Shown piece after piece: positions 8,884 to 17,984 of a stretch of 64,000 bases of DNA. How positions within the stretch are numbered: position 1 is the first letter of the stretch; every line of letters starts with the position of its first letter. Position numbers and translations under genes: made by a program. Location: the NCBI GenBank assembly GCA_937922015.1, contig CAKZVB010000034.1:7775-71774 (forward strand), read 5' to 3'. Source of the stretch: an uncultured Granulosicoccaceae bacterium. Its GTDB lineage: Bacteria; Pseudomonadota; Gammaproteobacteria; Granulosicoccales; Granulosicoccaceae. The notes under the pieces were generated by a model. The model worked only from the letters and a program-made list of their open reading frames with translations, made no database searches and was not told the origin of the DNA.

Positions 8884-10440
8884 CTACTTCCCCCTGGCTC
8901 TCTTGACTACCCAGCTCACTAACGGCAGAAATATCAGGATAATCGCTATCACAGTAATCGGCCCGGCAATAGGTCGATTAAAAAAGATGGAAAAGCTGCC
9001 ATCGGACAATAACAATGATTGCCGAAGCGTTGGTTCTGCTATCGGTCCTAACACAATTGCCAATACCGCCGGCGCAAGCGGGTAGTCAAGTATTCGCAGG
9101 AAATAGGCACCGATGCCGAAAAGCAACATCAGCCACACATCAAACATATTTTGATACGCGGCGTAGGTGCCGATCACGCTCAGTACAAAGATCATCGGGG
9201 CCAGAATCGTAAACGGCATACGCAACATCCACAGAAACACCGGTATAAACGCCAGGTTAACCAATACCGCCACCAGGTTTGACACATAAAAGCTGCCGAT
9301 CAGCGGCCATACAAAATCCGGCTGATCTGCAAACAACAACGGCCCCGGCTGCAGACCCCAGATAACCATACCTGCCAGCAGCACGGCTGTGGTTGGCGAA
9401 CCCGGGATACCCAGTGTCATCATTGGCAGCATCGCCCCTGTTGACGCAGAATTGTTTGCGGCCTCCGGTGCCGCAACACCATTTACATTTCCCTTTCCAA
9501 AGGAATCTTTGTCTTTAGACAACATTTTTGTCACACCGTAGGCCATCAACGAACCCGGTGTAGCACCTGCAGCCGGCAGAATCCCAACAAAGAATCCCAG
9601 AAACGAACCAACGGTAGTACCTTTCCACGCCTCGGGGAATTTTCGAATCGCAGCCATCACCGATTTGAAGTTCACGTTGGCCTCGGTCATGTGAACCTCG
9701 CCGCGGGTAGAGTTTATCGTCCAGATCATCTCGCCTATGCCATACACCCCGATGGCCAATACCAGAAAACGAATGCCGTGAGAAAAACCGGTGGTGTCGA
9801 TAAGGCCTGCAGTCGCGGGAAAGAGATCGAAGGGGTCGCCAAACTGTAAACGAGGCTCACCGGTGATAATGTCAAATCCCACCGTCGCCAGCACCAGGCC
9901 CAGCGCAATAGAAATAATAGTTTTTGGAATATCATCGCCACCCAGTCCAATGAAGGTGGAGAACGCCAGCAGCATTAGTGCAAAAATTTCAGGATTGCCA
10001 AACTTGAGCGCCACGGTTGCCAGAGGAGGTGCAAAGGCGGTGAAAAATACATTTGCTACAGTCGCACCGATAAATGATGCGATAGCGGCGGTGACCAATG
10101 CTCGCTCAGCGAATCCTTTCAGCGCCAGCGGCCGTCCGTCGAAGGTTGTCGCGACGGCTGTTGATGCACCCGGTATTCCAAGGGTAATAGACGATATGGC
10201 GCCCCCGTACATGGCACCGTAGTAGATTGCGGCCAGAAAGATCATCGGGGAAGTAGCACTGCCGGTCATATCCTGAATGACAAAAGTAAACGGCAACAGG
10301 ATTGCCACTCCGTTAACTGAACCCAGTCCAGGCATCGCACCGACGAACAAACCGACAACGACCCCGACAACACACAAGGCAAGATTGAGAGGCATTAACG
10401 CCTGATAGATACCATCGACCAGAGAAGGAAGAATTTCCAT
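8884..10440 (-). CDS. tctA: Tripartite tricarboxylate transporter large permease
   Basis: 518 aa and highly hydrophobic. TctA-like motifs (GAMPGLGSVNGVAILLP, GTLGIPGS) and adjacency to tctB and tctC. Confidence 0.88.
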   Translation of the reverse strand: MEILPSLVDGIYQALMPLNLALCVVGVVVGLFVGAMPGLGSVNGVAILLPFTFVIQDMTGSATSPMIFLAAIYYGAMYGGAISSITLGIPGASTAVATTFDGRPLALKGFAERALVTAAIASFIGATVANVFFTAFAPPLATVALKFGNPEIFALMLLAFSTFIGLGGDDIPKTIISIALGLVLATVGFDIITGEPRLQFGDPFDLFPATAGLIDTTGFSHGIRFLVLAIGVYGIGEMIWTINSTRGEVHMTEANVNFKSVMAAIRKFPEAWKGTTVGSFLGFFVGILPAAGATPGSLMAYGVTKMLSKDKDSFGKGNVNGVAAPEAANNSASTGAMLPMMTLGIPGSPTTAVLLAGMVIWGLQPGPLLFADQPDFVWPLIGSFYVSNLVAVLVNLAFIPVFLWMLRMPFTILAPMIFVLSVIGTYAAYQNMFDVWLMLLFGIGAYFLRILDYPLAPAVLAIVLGPIAEPTLRQSLLLSDGSFSIFFNRPIAGPITVIAIILIFLPLVSWVVKRARGK

Positions 10441-10451
10441 GCCAGCGCCCC

Positions 10452-10982
10452 CTAAAGAAATATTTCGTAGAGTGGAAGAAAAAGAGGCTCTGTGATGCCC
10501 TTCGGTAGCACTATGCGCATCGCCACATCAAAGAAAAAGAAACAGAAAACAGGCGTTAACACGGAGATCAACAACGTGCGTCGCCACGCGTGTTTACCCA
10601 GAAAACGCAAATAGTAAATCAGAAAGAAAAATATCGCGGCATAAAAACCCATCCACTCAATAAGACCCAGGAAAGCAAACAAGCCACCGCCAACATACAC
10701 CAGCCAGCGCTTTGAATAGCTATCCATGTAGGGTTCGGTGGATTGCGACGGTGGAGAGGTTCGTCGCCACCAGTTAACCATGATCCAGAAACATGACAAC
10801 AACATTGCAAGTGACAACCAGAACGGCCAGAAGCCCGAACCAGGTGTACCTGTTTCATCAAAACCAATATTATCGAATCGTGCGATATCAGGATCCCAGG
10901 AAGGACCTTCACCACTTTTCCACATCAGATACATAGAAAAAAATGCAAGTACTACAGCGGTGACGAGTTCGGCACGACGCAT
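10452..10982 (-). CDS. tctB: Tripartite tricarboxylate transporter small membrane protein
   Basis: 176 aa with 4 predicted TM segments. It sits between tctC and tctA in the canonical position. Confidence 0.75.
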   Translation of the reverse strand: MRRAELVTAVVLAFFSMYLMWKSGEGPSWDPDIARFDNIGFDETGTPGSGFWPFWLSLAMLLSCFWIMVNWWRRTSPPSQSTEPYMDSYSKRWLVYVGGGLFAFLGLIEWMGFYAAIFFFLIYYLRFLGKHAWRRTLLISVLTPVFCFFFFDVAMRIVLPKGITEPLFLPLYEIFL

Positions 10983-11116
10983 TTCTGTGGCCCTTCATGT
11001 AGAGAAGTCGCCTGCAATTGCAGCAGACGTTTACGCAATATTGTTATTTGTTCTTCGACCACGCCCGATCTGCGGGCGTGGCATGCTTACTTAGACTAAC
11101 TAACGTTTAATACTTA

Positions 11117-12091
11117 CTACTTGATAGCGCCTGAGGCCTTCAGGATGCTCTCGTGTCGAGTGCGCTGAACGTCCCAATAAGAGGCAAGCTCAGAACCTGC
11201 CATAAAGTCACCCATCAGTGATTTTGAAGATTTATAATTCTGCCAGTCTTCAGACTCATACACTTTGGTGAACAAGCCACTGAAATACTCCAATGCTTCG
11301 TCAGACATTCCCGGAGCACCGACTACCGATCGCTGCATGAAGTAAGAAAAATCTGAACCGGTTTCTTTCAAAGTGGGTACATCAGGAAACAGTGGAAGAC
11401 GCTCGTCTGTAAAAGCGACCAACGGTATTACATCGCCGCTTTCATAAAAACCCAGTGCTTCTGAAGGATTATTTACTGAGCTGTGAATTTGCTCACCAGC
11501 GAGATCTTTGGCAACTGCACCACCGCCCTTGTAGGGGATGTATTTAATAGACAAGCCGTAAGCAGTATTCAGGTGATCAGTAATGATGTTGTCTTCAGAG
11601 TTTTTGCCCGTGCCGCCCATTACCCAGCCAGACCCACGCTTCTTTGCTTCAGCGAGAAACTCATCAAAGCTGTTGATGCCTTCTTTTTTATTTACCCACA
11701 AAAGAAAAGTATCTTCTGCCATACGTCCTACCGGTGCAAACTTCATAATATCCACATCGAGACCGGGCTGACGCAACGGGGTAGTGAAGAATGAGTTGAG
11801 CGTTACCATGATGGTGTGATCAGGGTCTGTCACCCCTTTCATATGGACCAGCGCTTCAGCGCCTGAACCACCGGACTTGTTCGTAGGGACCAATGGCCGG
11901 GATGAAAGATCTTCCTTTTCCACAATAGCCTGCATGAGCCTGGCCATTTTATCCGCACCGCCACCTTTGCCGGCCATAATAACGAAATCAACAGGCTTGG
12001 TTGGCTCCCACGCCTTTGCGGCACTGGAAACACCGAGTGCAACCAGGGTCATGATACCGGCGGTTGCCAGTTTTTTGAGTGATATCGACAT
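11117..12091 (-). CDS. tctC: Tripartite tricarboxylate transporter substrate-binding protein (Bug/TctC family)
   Basis: The ATG at 12091 is preceded by GGAGGA and followed by a signal peptide (MSISLKKLATAGIMTLVALGVSSAAKA). The body is Bug-family-like (GGGADKMARL, IPYKGGGAVAKDL). Confidence 0.82.
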   Translation of the reverse strand: MSISLKKLATAGIMTLVALGVSSAAKAWEPTKPVDFVIMAGKGGGADKMARLMQAIVEKEDLSSRPLVPTNKSGGSGAEALVHMKGVTDPDHTIMVTLNSFFTTPLRQPGLDVDIMKFAPVGRMAEDTFLLWVNKKEGINSFDEFLAEAKKRGSGWVMGGTGKNSEDNIITDHLNTAYGLSIKYIPYKGGGAVAKDLAGEQIHSSVNNPSEALGFYESGDVIPLVAFTDERLPLFPDVPTLKETGSDFSYFMQRSVVGAPGMSDEALEYFSGLFTKVYESEDWQNYKSSKSLMGDFMAGSELASYWDVQRTRHESILKASGAIK

Positions 12092-12566
12092 AACTTTCCT
12101 CCAACGGAAGTGAAAAAATCGAGCTTCTGGTATATTGTATACCATGATATTTAGTGTGATCGCAACGTAACTAATTCCAATTACCGGCCGATTATAGGAA
12201 AATAGAACTGATTTGCGTAGATCAGCATCGGCCTAAAATCCATGTTAACCAACTATAATCATAAATGATAATTATAAATCTCTGCCTAATCATCATTTTC
12301 GCTATTCTAACGCACCAAATTTGACGCAAACCTGACGGCTAACTGACCAACTTGTGTAACGCGAAGAGTAACTTCACAACCACATTAATAAAGCATCCTT
12401 TTTTATACCGGGCATCGTCCTCGACTTTCATCGTCAAGGACATCCAAGCCGCCCCGATCAACGAACGGCGGAAATTGCAAAACCACCACTTACTAAGGTG
12501 TAAACGCTATCTCCGGGTCAACAATATCTAAAAGCCTATCTAAATTTTACGGGAGCATTATCCGAA

Positions 12567-13760
12567 ATGAACATACATGAATATCAGGCTAAGAAGCTGC
12601 TCGCCAGCTTTAACGTCCCGGTCTCTGCGGGCGAGCCGGTGTTATCACTGGCAGACATTGACAAGGCGATTGCCGCCCTGCCCGGCCCGGTATATGTGGT
12701 CAAGAGCCAGATTCACGCAGGTGGTCGAGGCAAGGGCAAGTTTAAAGAGCTAGCAGCAGATGCCAAAGGAGGTGTCAGAGTCAGCTTCTCTGCTGAAGAA
12801 GCCAAGGCCAATGCCGAGGAAATGTTCGGCAAGACTCTGGTGACGAAACAGACTGGCACCGAAGGCAAACAGGTCAACAGACTGTATATCGAAGATGGAG
12901 CTGAAATTGACCGTGAATTATATCTGTCGATCCTTGTCGATCGCGAAACCAGCCTGTTTTCTTTTGTTGCCTCTACAGAGGGTGGCATGGACATCGAGGC
13001 AGTAGCGCACGACACTCCGGAGAAAATTCACACGATTGGAATCGATCCTCTAAAGGGGATAACCGACGAAGACGTGGCAAAGCTCAACGCCGCCTACGAA
13101 CTTAGCGGTCAGGCAGCAGAAGACGGCAAAACACTTTTCCCGATTTTGTACAAGGCGTTTGTTGAAAGTGATATGAGCCTGCTGGAAGTAAACCCTCTCT
13201 GCGTCCTTAAAGACGGCACCCTGCGGGTACTTGATGCAAAAGTTTCTTTTGACGGCAATGCCATGTTCCGTCATCCGGATATCGCCGAGCTTCGCGATGA
13301 AACAGAAGAAGATGCAAAGGAAATCGAAGCCTCCAAACACGATCTTGCCTACATTGCACTTGATGGCGACATTGGCTGCATGGTTAACGGCGCAGGCCTG
13401 GCCATGGCGACGATGGACATCATCAAGCTCTACGGTGCAGAGCCGGCGAACTTTCTCGATGTAGGTGGCGGCGCCACTGCTGAAAAAGTAACCGCAGCTT
13501 TCAAAATTATTACCTCCGATCCAAACGTTAAAGGAATTCTGGTTAATATATTCGGGGGCATTATGCGTTGCGATGTTATTGCAGAAGGTGTGGTAACCGC
13601 AGTGAAAGAGGTTGGTCTTGATGTACCACTGGTGGTCAGACTTGAGGGCACCAAGGTAGCTGAAGGTAAGGACATCATCAACAACAGTGGGCTGAACGTG
13701 ATTGCCGCTAACGATCTGGATGATGCGGCACAAAAAATTGTTAAAGCGGTCAAGGGGTAA
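12567..13760 (+). CDS. sucC: Succinate--CoA ligase (ADP-forming) beta subunit
   Basis: 397 aa. [12 protein letters not shown]..., ATP-grasp motifs, and the C-terminal ligase-CoA domain ([25 protein letters not shown]). Confidence 0.92.
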   Translation: MNIHEYQAKKLLASFNVPVSAGEPVLSLADIDKAIAALPGPVYVVKSQIHAGGRGKGKFKELAADAKGGVRVSFSAEEAKANAEEMFGKTLVTKQTGTEGKQVNRLYIEDGAEIDRELYLSILVDRETSLFSFVASTEGGMDIEAVAHDTPEKIHTIGIDPLKGITDEDVAKLNAAYELSGQAAEDGKTLFPILYKAFVESDMSLLEVNPLCVLKDGTLRVLDAKVSFDGNAMFRHPDIAELRDETEEDAKEIEASKHDLAYIALDGDIGCMVNGAGLAMATMDIIKLYGAEPANFLDVGGGATAEKVTAAFKIITSDPNVKGILVNIFGGIMRCDVIAEGVVTAVKEVGLDVPLVVRLEGTKVAEGKDIINNSGLNVIAANDLDDAAQKIVKAVKG

Positions 13761-13765
13761 GTCAC

Positions 13766-14677
13766 ATGTCAATAATGATCAACAAAGACACTAAAATTCT
13801 GGTGCAGGGCTTAACCGGCAGAACGGGGACGTTCCATACTGAACAGGCACTGGCCTATCACGGTACGCAGATGATCGGTGGTATCCACCCTAAAAAAGGC
13901 GGCTCTACCTGGACGTGCGAAAACGGCGATGCTAAAGGTACCGAATTACCTGTATTCGCAACCGTAAAAGAAGGCCGCGCCGAAACCGGGGCTGATGCAT
14001 CAGTTGTCTATGTACCACCAGCGGGTGCTGCCGCCGCCATCATTGAAGCCATTGATGCCGAAGTGCCATTAATAATATGCATCACTGAAGGCGTACCCGT
14101 GCGCGACATGGTAAACGTCAAGGCGCGCCTGAATGATTCCAACAGCAGATTAGTGGGCCCTAACTGCCCGGGTATCCTGACACCAAACGAATGTAAAATT
14201 GGCATCATGCCTGGCACTATCTTTAAGCAGGGTTCTGTCGGTGTGGTGTCACGCTCGGGCACGCTGACTTATGAAGCGGTATTCCAAACCACCGAAGCCG
14301 GCCTTGGTCAGACCACAGCTGTCGGTATTGGCGGCGACCCTGTCAAGGGCACGGAGTTTATCGACGTGCTCGATATGTTTCTCGATGACGATGAAACAAA
14401 ATCTATCATCATGATCGGTGAGATCGGCGGCTCTGCAGAAGAAGAAGCTGCAGAGTGGATTACCGAGCAGGCAGCCAACGGACGCAGCAAACCGATGGCG
14501 GGCTTTATCGCCGGTCGCACAGCCCCTCCAGGCAGAACCATGGGTCATGCAGGCGCTGTGATTTCCGGTGGTAAAGGTGGCGCGGATGATAAAACTGCTG
14601 CGATGGAGAAAGCCGGCATTGTAGTTTCGCCATCACCGGCGAAGTTAGGGGAGACCTTACTGAAGGCTATCGGCTAA
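13766..14677 (+). CDS. sucD: Succinate--CoA ligase alpha subunit
   Basis: 303 aa. [28 protein letters not shown], and the phosphohistidine loop [13 protein letters not shown]. Confidence 0.92.
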   Translation: MSIMINKDTKILVQGLTGRTGTFHTEQALAYHGTQMIGGIHPKKGGSTWTCENGDAKGTELPVFATVKEGRAETGADASVVYVPPAGAAAAIIEAIDAEVPLIICITEGVPVRDMVNVKARLNDSNSRLVGPNCPGILTPNECKIGIMPGTIFKQGSVGVVSRSGTLTYEAVFQTTEAGLGQTTAVGIGGDPVKGTEFIDVLDMFLDDDETKSIIMIGEIGGSAEEEAAEWITEQAANGRSKPMAGFIAGRTAPPGRTMGHAGAVISGGKGGADDKTAAMEKAGIVVSPSPAKLGETLLKAIG

Positions 14678-14700
14678 CTCTTAAAACCCGTTTCATTCGT

Positions 14701-14740
14701 AAAAAACTGGCGCGAACAGCAAGTGTTCGCGCCAATTTCT
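14701..14740. terminator. Bidirectional terminator between convergent sucD and the GMC oxidoreductase gene
   Basis: GGCGCGAACA-gcaag-TGTTCGCGCC: a 10-bp stem at 14709-14733. An AAAAAA run precedes it (a T-run on the minus strand) and a T-rich tail follows. Confidence 0.8.
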
Positions 14741-14787
14741 TCCTCCTCCCCGGTCCTTATATAACTAGTTTTCATACACCTTCTTAA

Positions 14788-16356
14788 TTAAATAGCTTTA
14801 GATGTCATTTGCTCTGCAATATAGTCCGCCTGACGTATCGCGAGTGTCACGATTGTCAGCGTCGGGTTCTCTGCTGCGCCCGTGGTGAACTGACTGCCAT
14901 CAGAAACAAACAGGTTGGCAATATCATGGCTCTGGCCAAACTTGTTCACTACACCATCTGATGCTTTTGCGCTCATTCTGTTCGTGCCCAGATTGTGCGT
15001 CGACGGATACGGCGGGGTTGGATGCGTTTGCGTGGCACCCACTGCATCGTATACCGCCATGCCCTGTTTATAAGCATGGTTACGCATCGCAATGTCGTTG
15101 GGATGATCGTCAAAATGAACATTGGCCGCTGCAAGTCCAAATTGATCCTTCTCATCAGAAAGTGTTATAGCGTTGCTTTCCTGTGGCATATCTTCACCCA
15201 CCAGCCACATGCCGGCCAGATTTTCATAGCTATCCATTGTGGCGCTGAATTCCCTGCCCCAGCCACCCGGGTTTAGAAACGCCGCCATAAACGGGATGCC
15301 TATCGACAGTGTTTCCATTTCATATCCCCCTACGAAACCACGTGAAGGATCATGCTTGCTTTCATCGGTGATGATGCCAGCCATGGTGGTGCCACGATAC
15401 ATATGAACTGGTTTTTCAAACGAAGCATAAACCGACCCCGTCATATGACGCATGTAATTCTTACCCACCTGCCCTGAGGAATTGCCCAGACCATCAGGGA
15501 ACATAGAGCTTGCCGAATTCAGCAATAGTCTGGGACTTTCTATTGAGTTACCGGCAACGCACACGGCACGGGCTTTTTGCACATGTTGATTGCCGTCTTT
15601 ATCCTGATACAAAACCCCGGACACTTTACCTGCTGCATCGTGTTCGATAGTCAGTACATGGGCATGTTCACGGACTTCCAGATGACCAGTCGCCTCACCC
15701 ATCGGAATTTCAGTGTAGGCAGTTGACCATTTTGCCCCCATTTTACAACCTTGAAAACAAAAACCCAGCTGTCTGCAGGATGCCCGATCGTGGCGCGGCT
15801 GCGAGTTAATTGCCATTCGTCCGGTATGACAATTTTTATAGCCAAGTTTATCTGCACCGGCCTTCATCACTTTAAAGTTGTTGTTACCAGGCAAACCCGG
15901 AATGCCATTGGTGCGCGTCACACCCATTTTGTCTTCTGCTTTATCGTAGTAGGGCTCAAGATCTTTCAACGTCAGCGGCCAGTCCTGCAGTGAGGCACCA
16001 GCAACTTCGCCGTAGTGAGTCTTAGCTCTGAATTCATGATCTTGTATACGCAGTGATGCGCCGGCCCAGTGCACCGTCGATCCACCTACGGCCTTTACAA
16101 TCCACGCCGGCAGATTGGCAAAGTCTTTTGCCACACGCCAACTGCCAGAAGTAGTGCGCATGTCTGTCCAGGCCAGCTGGCTAAAGCTTGGCCATTCATC
16201 ATTGATGTAATCCTGCGGCAGGTGCCGTCCTCCGGCTTCCAGCGCTACTACATCAATGCCTTTTTGCGCCAGCTCATTTGCGAGTGTTCCACCACCTGCA
16301 CCGGTACCAATAATTACTACTACTGAGTTATCGTCTAAATCGTATGGGGCTGTCAT
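14788..16356 (-). CDS. GMC-family FAD-dependent oxidoreductase (large flavoprotein subunit, gluconate 2-dehydrogenase-alpha-like)
   Basis: 522 aa. N-terminal VVIIGTGAGGGTLANELA dinucleotide fold and C-terminal GMC_oxred_C-like NLFVSDGSQFTTGAAENPTLTIVTLA. A GGAG SD precedes the ATG. Confidence 0.85.
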   Translation of the reverse strand: MTAPYDLDDNSVVVIIGTGAGGGTLANELAQKGIDVVALEAGGRHLPQDYINDEWPSFSQLAWTDMRTTSGSWRVAKDFANLPAWIVKAVGGSTVHWAGASLRIQDHEFRAKTHYGEVAGASLQDWPLTLKDLEPYYDKAEDKMGVTRTNGIPGLPGNNNFKVMKAGADKLGYKNCHTGRMAINSQPRHDRASCRQLGFCFQGCKMGAKWSTAYTEIPMGEATGHLEVREHAHVLTIEHDAAGKVSGVLYQDKDGNQHVQKARAVCVAGNSIESPRLLLNSASSMFPDGLGNSSGQVGKNYMRHMTGSVYASFEKPVHMYRGTTMAGIITDESKHDPSRGFVGGYEMETLSIGIPFMAAFLNPGGWGREFSATMDSYENLAGMWLVGEDMPQESNAITLSDEKDQFGLAAANVHFDDHPNDIAMRNHAYKQGMAVYDAVGATQTHPTPPYPSTHNLGTNRMSAKASDGVVNKFGQSHDIANLFVSDGSQFTTGAAENPTLTIVTLAIRQADYIAEQMTSKAI

Positions 16357-16400
16357 TTTGAGTCTCCGAAATTTTGTGAACGTTTGATTACATCCGGCTG

Positions 16401-16982
16401 TTATAGCCAGTCAATATCATCAAAACCGCGCTCAAGATAACCACCCTTTTCAAAGGATGCGCCCTCATAACCAAGTTTGTCCCACACCGCTGGCTGGTTA
16501 TACAGCCCGACAACCAAACCACCTCTGATGGTTTGAAAGAAAGGCTCAGATTCAATAGATTTCAAAATATTAGTGCGATCAATTTCCCAGCCGGTCGACA
16601 CATAATCAACGTGACCCTCAGCCTTAGCCAGGCTGTTTAGCTGCGCCACACCGTTTTCTATCATGGTTTTAAATTCAGCGTCAGAGGCGGCAGTATCGTC
16701 ATGACTTTTTACCGCAGCCGCGTAGAGGTCGTCACCGAAGCTGTCATGGGGATAAATATCTCTGGCCATCTGCACAAGCGTTGCCATTGTCTGTGGCGTT
16801 AACGATTTTACTTCCAGCGCCCAGGCCGCATTGCTACCGGCAATGAAGCCTGACCCCAAAACTAACCCGCTACCGACAACCAGTCCGCGCTGCAGCAGCT
16901 GTCTTCGGGTTAACTTTACTAACTCGTTTCCGGATTGGGTTTTTACAAAGTTGAGTGTGTACTCACCTGCGTTAACCGTCAT
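16401..16982 (-). CDS. Tat-signal small subunit (gluconate 2-dehydrogenase subunit 3 family)
   Basis: 193 aa. Twin-arginine leader TRRQLLQRGLVVGSGLVLG, located immediately upstream of the GMC flavoprotein as in membrane-associated sugar/polyol dehydrogenases. Confidence 0.72.
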   Translation of the reverse strand: MTVNAGEYTLNFVKTQSGNELVKLTRRQLLQRGLVVGSGLVLGSGFIAGSNAAWALEVKSLTPQTMATLVQMARDIYPHDSFGDDLYAAAVKSHDDTAASDAEFKTMIENGVAQLNSLAKAEGHVDYVSTGWEIDRTNILKSIESEPFFQTIRGGLVVGLYNQPAVWDKLGYEGASFEKGGYLERGFDDIDWL

Positions 16983-17018
16983 TGATTTTTCCTCTCATGG
17001 TTGGTACAGATTTATACT

Positions 17019-17414
17019 TTATTTAAAGCGCCCGTGGCGTTGGAGCACTTCGATCTCGTAGCCGTCAGGATCCTCGATAAAGAAAAACTTTGCTAACAGC
17101 GAACCTTCATGATTAAACTCCACCAGTTTTCGTGGCTCATACCCCAGATCAATCATCCTTTGCCGCTCAGATTCAATATCCTCAACACATACAGCAAAGT
17201 GACCATAGCCATTGCCTAGGTCATAGGGTTCGGTTTGGTCTTTGTTGATCGTGAGCTCAAGCTCAAAATTACTTTTTGCGTTACTGAGATAGACTAAAGT
17301 GAAAGTTTCAAAATCGAGTCTGTCTGCAACCGTCAGCTGAAAAGCATTTTGATAAAACTCAACTGAACGCTGCTCGTTGAGCACTCTGATCATGGAATGA
17401 ATAGCTTTTGCCAC
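17019..17414 (-). CDS. gloA: VOC-family lactoylglutathione lyase (glyoxalase I)
   Basis: 131 aa. HSMIRV.N...S..FY...F, GNGYGHFAV and FIEDPDGYEIEV are typical Ni-type GloA features. Confidence 0.8.
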   Translation of the reverse strand: MAKAIHSMIRVLNEQRSVEFYQNAFQLTVADRLDFETFTLVYLSNAKSNFELELTINKDQTEPYDLGNGYGHFAVCVEDIESERQRMIDLGYEPRKLVEFNHEGSLLAKFFFIEDPDGYEIEVLQRHGRFK

Positions 17415-17535
17415 TGTAGGGCTCCGACAATTTCTTACCTACAGAGTCTATGCGAACCTAAATTGCTTAGGTGTTATGCTAATAACACATTCCGTGATCG
17501 CCGGATTGTAAATGTACTAAAACTTGACCTGTCAA

Positions 17536-17805
17536 TCAGACAGTCAGTTGTTTCTCTTTATAAACAAGGCAAGTGCAACGCAGCAGTGACGCGAAGTTTT
17601 TCGCCTCGCCGTGCAGGCTGACGACTTCAGAATGCAGCGTTGATATAAAAAGCGGGGTGGAGGTGTCTTCACCCGTGGCTATCTCGTCGAGAATATCCCA
17701 AAATTTTTTTTCCAGTCTGACACTGGTGCATTGCCCGTTTAATCGCAGAGAGCGTGTCTGGAATTCATAGTTTGACTGGGCTTGCCCCGCAAACATCTGG
17801 CACAT
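17536..17805 (-). CDS. Small ribbon-helix-helix (RHH_4-like) protein
   Basis: 89 aa. RSLRLNGQCTSVRLEKKFWDILDEIA...NFASLLRCTCLVY matches the pattern of the predicted-DNA-binding RHH_4 family. Confidence 0.6.
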   Translation of the reverse strand: MCQMFAGQAQSNYEFQTRSLRLNGQCTSVRLEKKFWDILDEIATGEDTSTPLFISTLHSEVVSLHGEAKNFASLLRCTCLVYKEKQLTV

Positions 17806-17984
17806 GATTATCTCCTCTCTTGTTTACACCGCATGTAACAAACCTGAAACATATAAATGCATTAAGCAGATACGTGTCATCAAGTATGCCTACGTTTTCG
17901 GGCAGCGCCACACCGGACTGCCCAACCATAGCAAACCAAATTATCAAAAATCACCGCCGGGGCGGCAATCGCAATCAAGCAAAT

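Noticed and set aside
13050-13772. Long antisense or overlapping ORFs inside confirmed genes. Examples: 13050..13772(-) in sucC, 19491..20135(+) in fdsA, 9791..10222(+) in tctA, 47037..47483(+) in the kinase, 59272..59682(+) in selB and 56281..56610(+) in lctP.
   Set aside because: These are shadow ORFs opposite strongly supported genes. Their composition is biased (Arg/Ser/Pro/Cys-rich) and none shows a recognisable motif.
16983-17021. gloA and the Tat small-subunit gene are in the same frame on the minus strand, which raised the possibility of read-through.
   Set aside because: The intervening stop is TAA, not TGA. The two products are unrelated complete families, and the downstream gene has its own SD (GAGG) and ATG.
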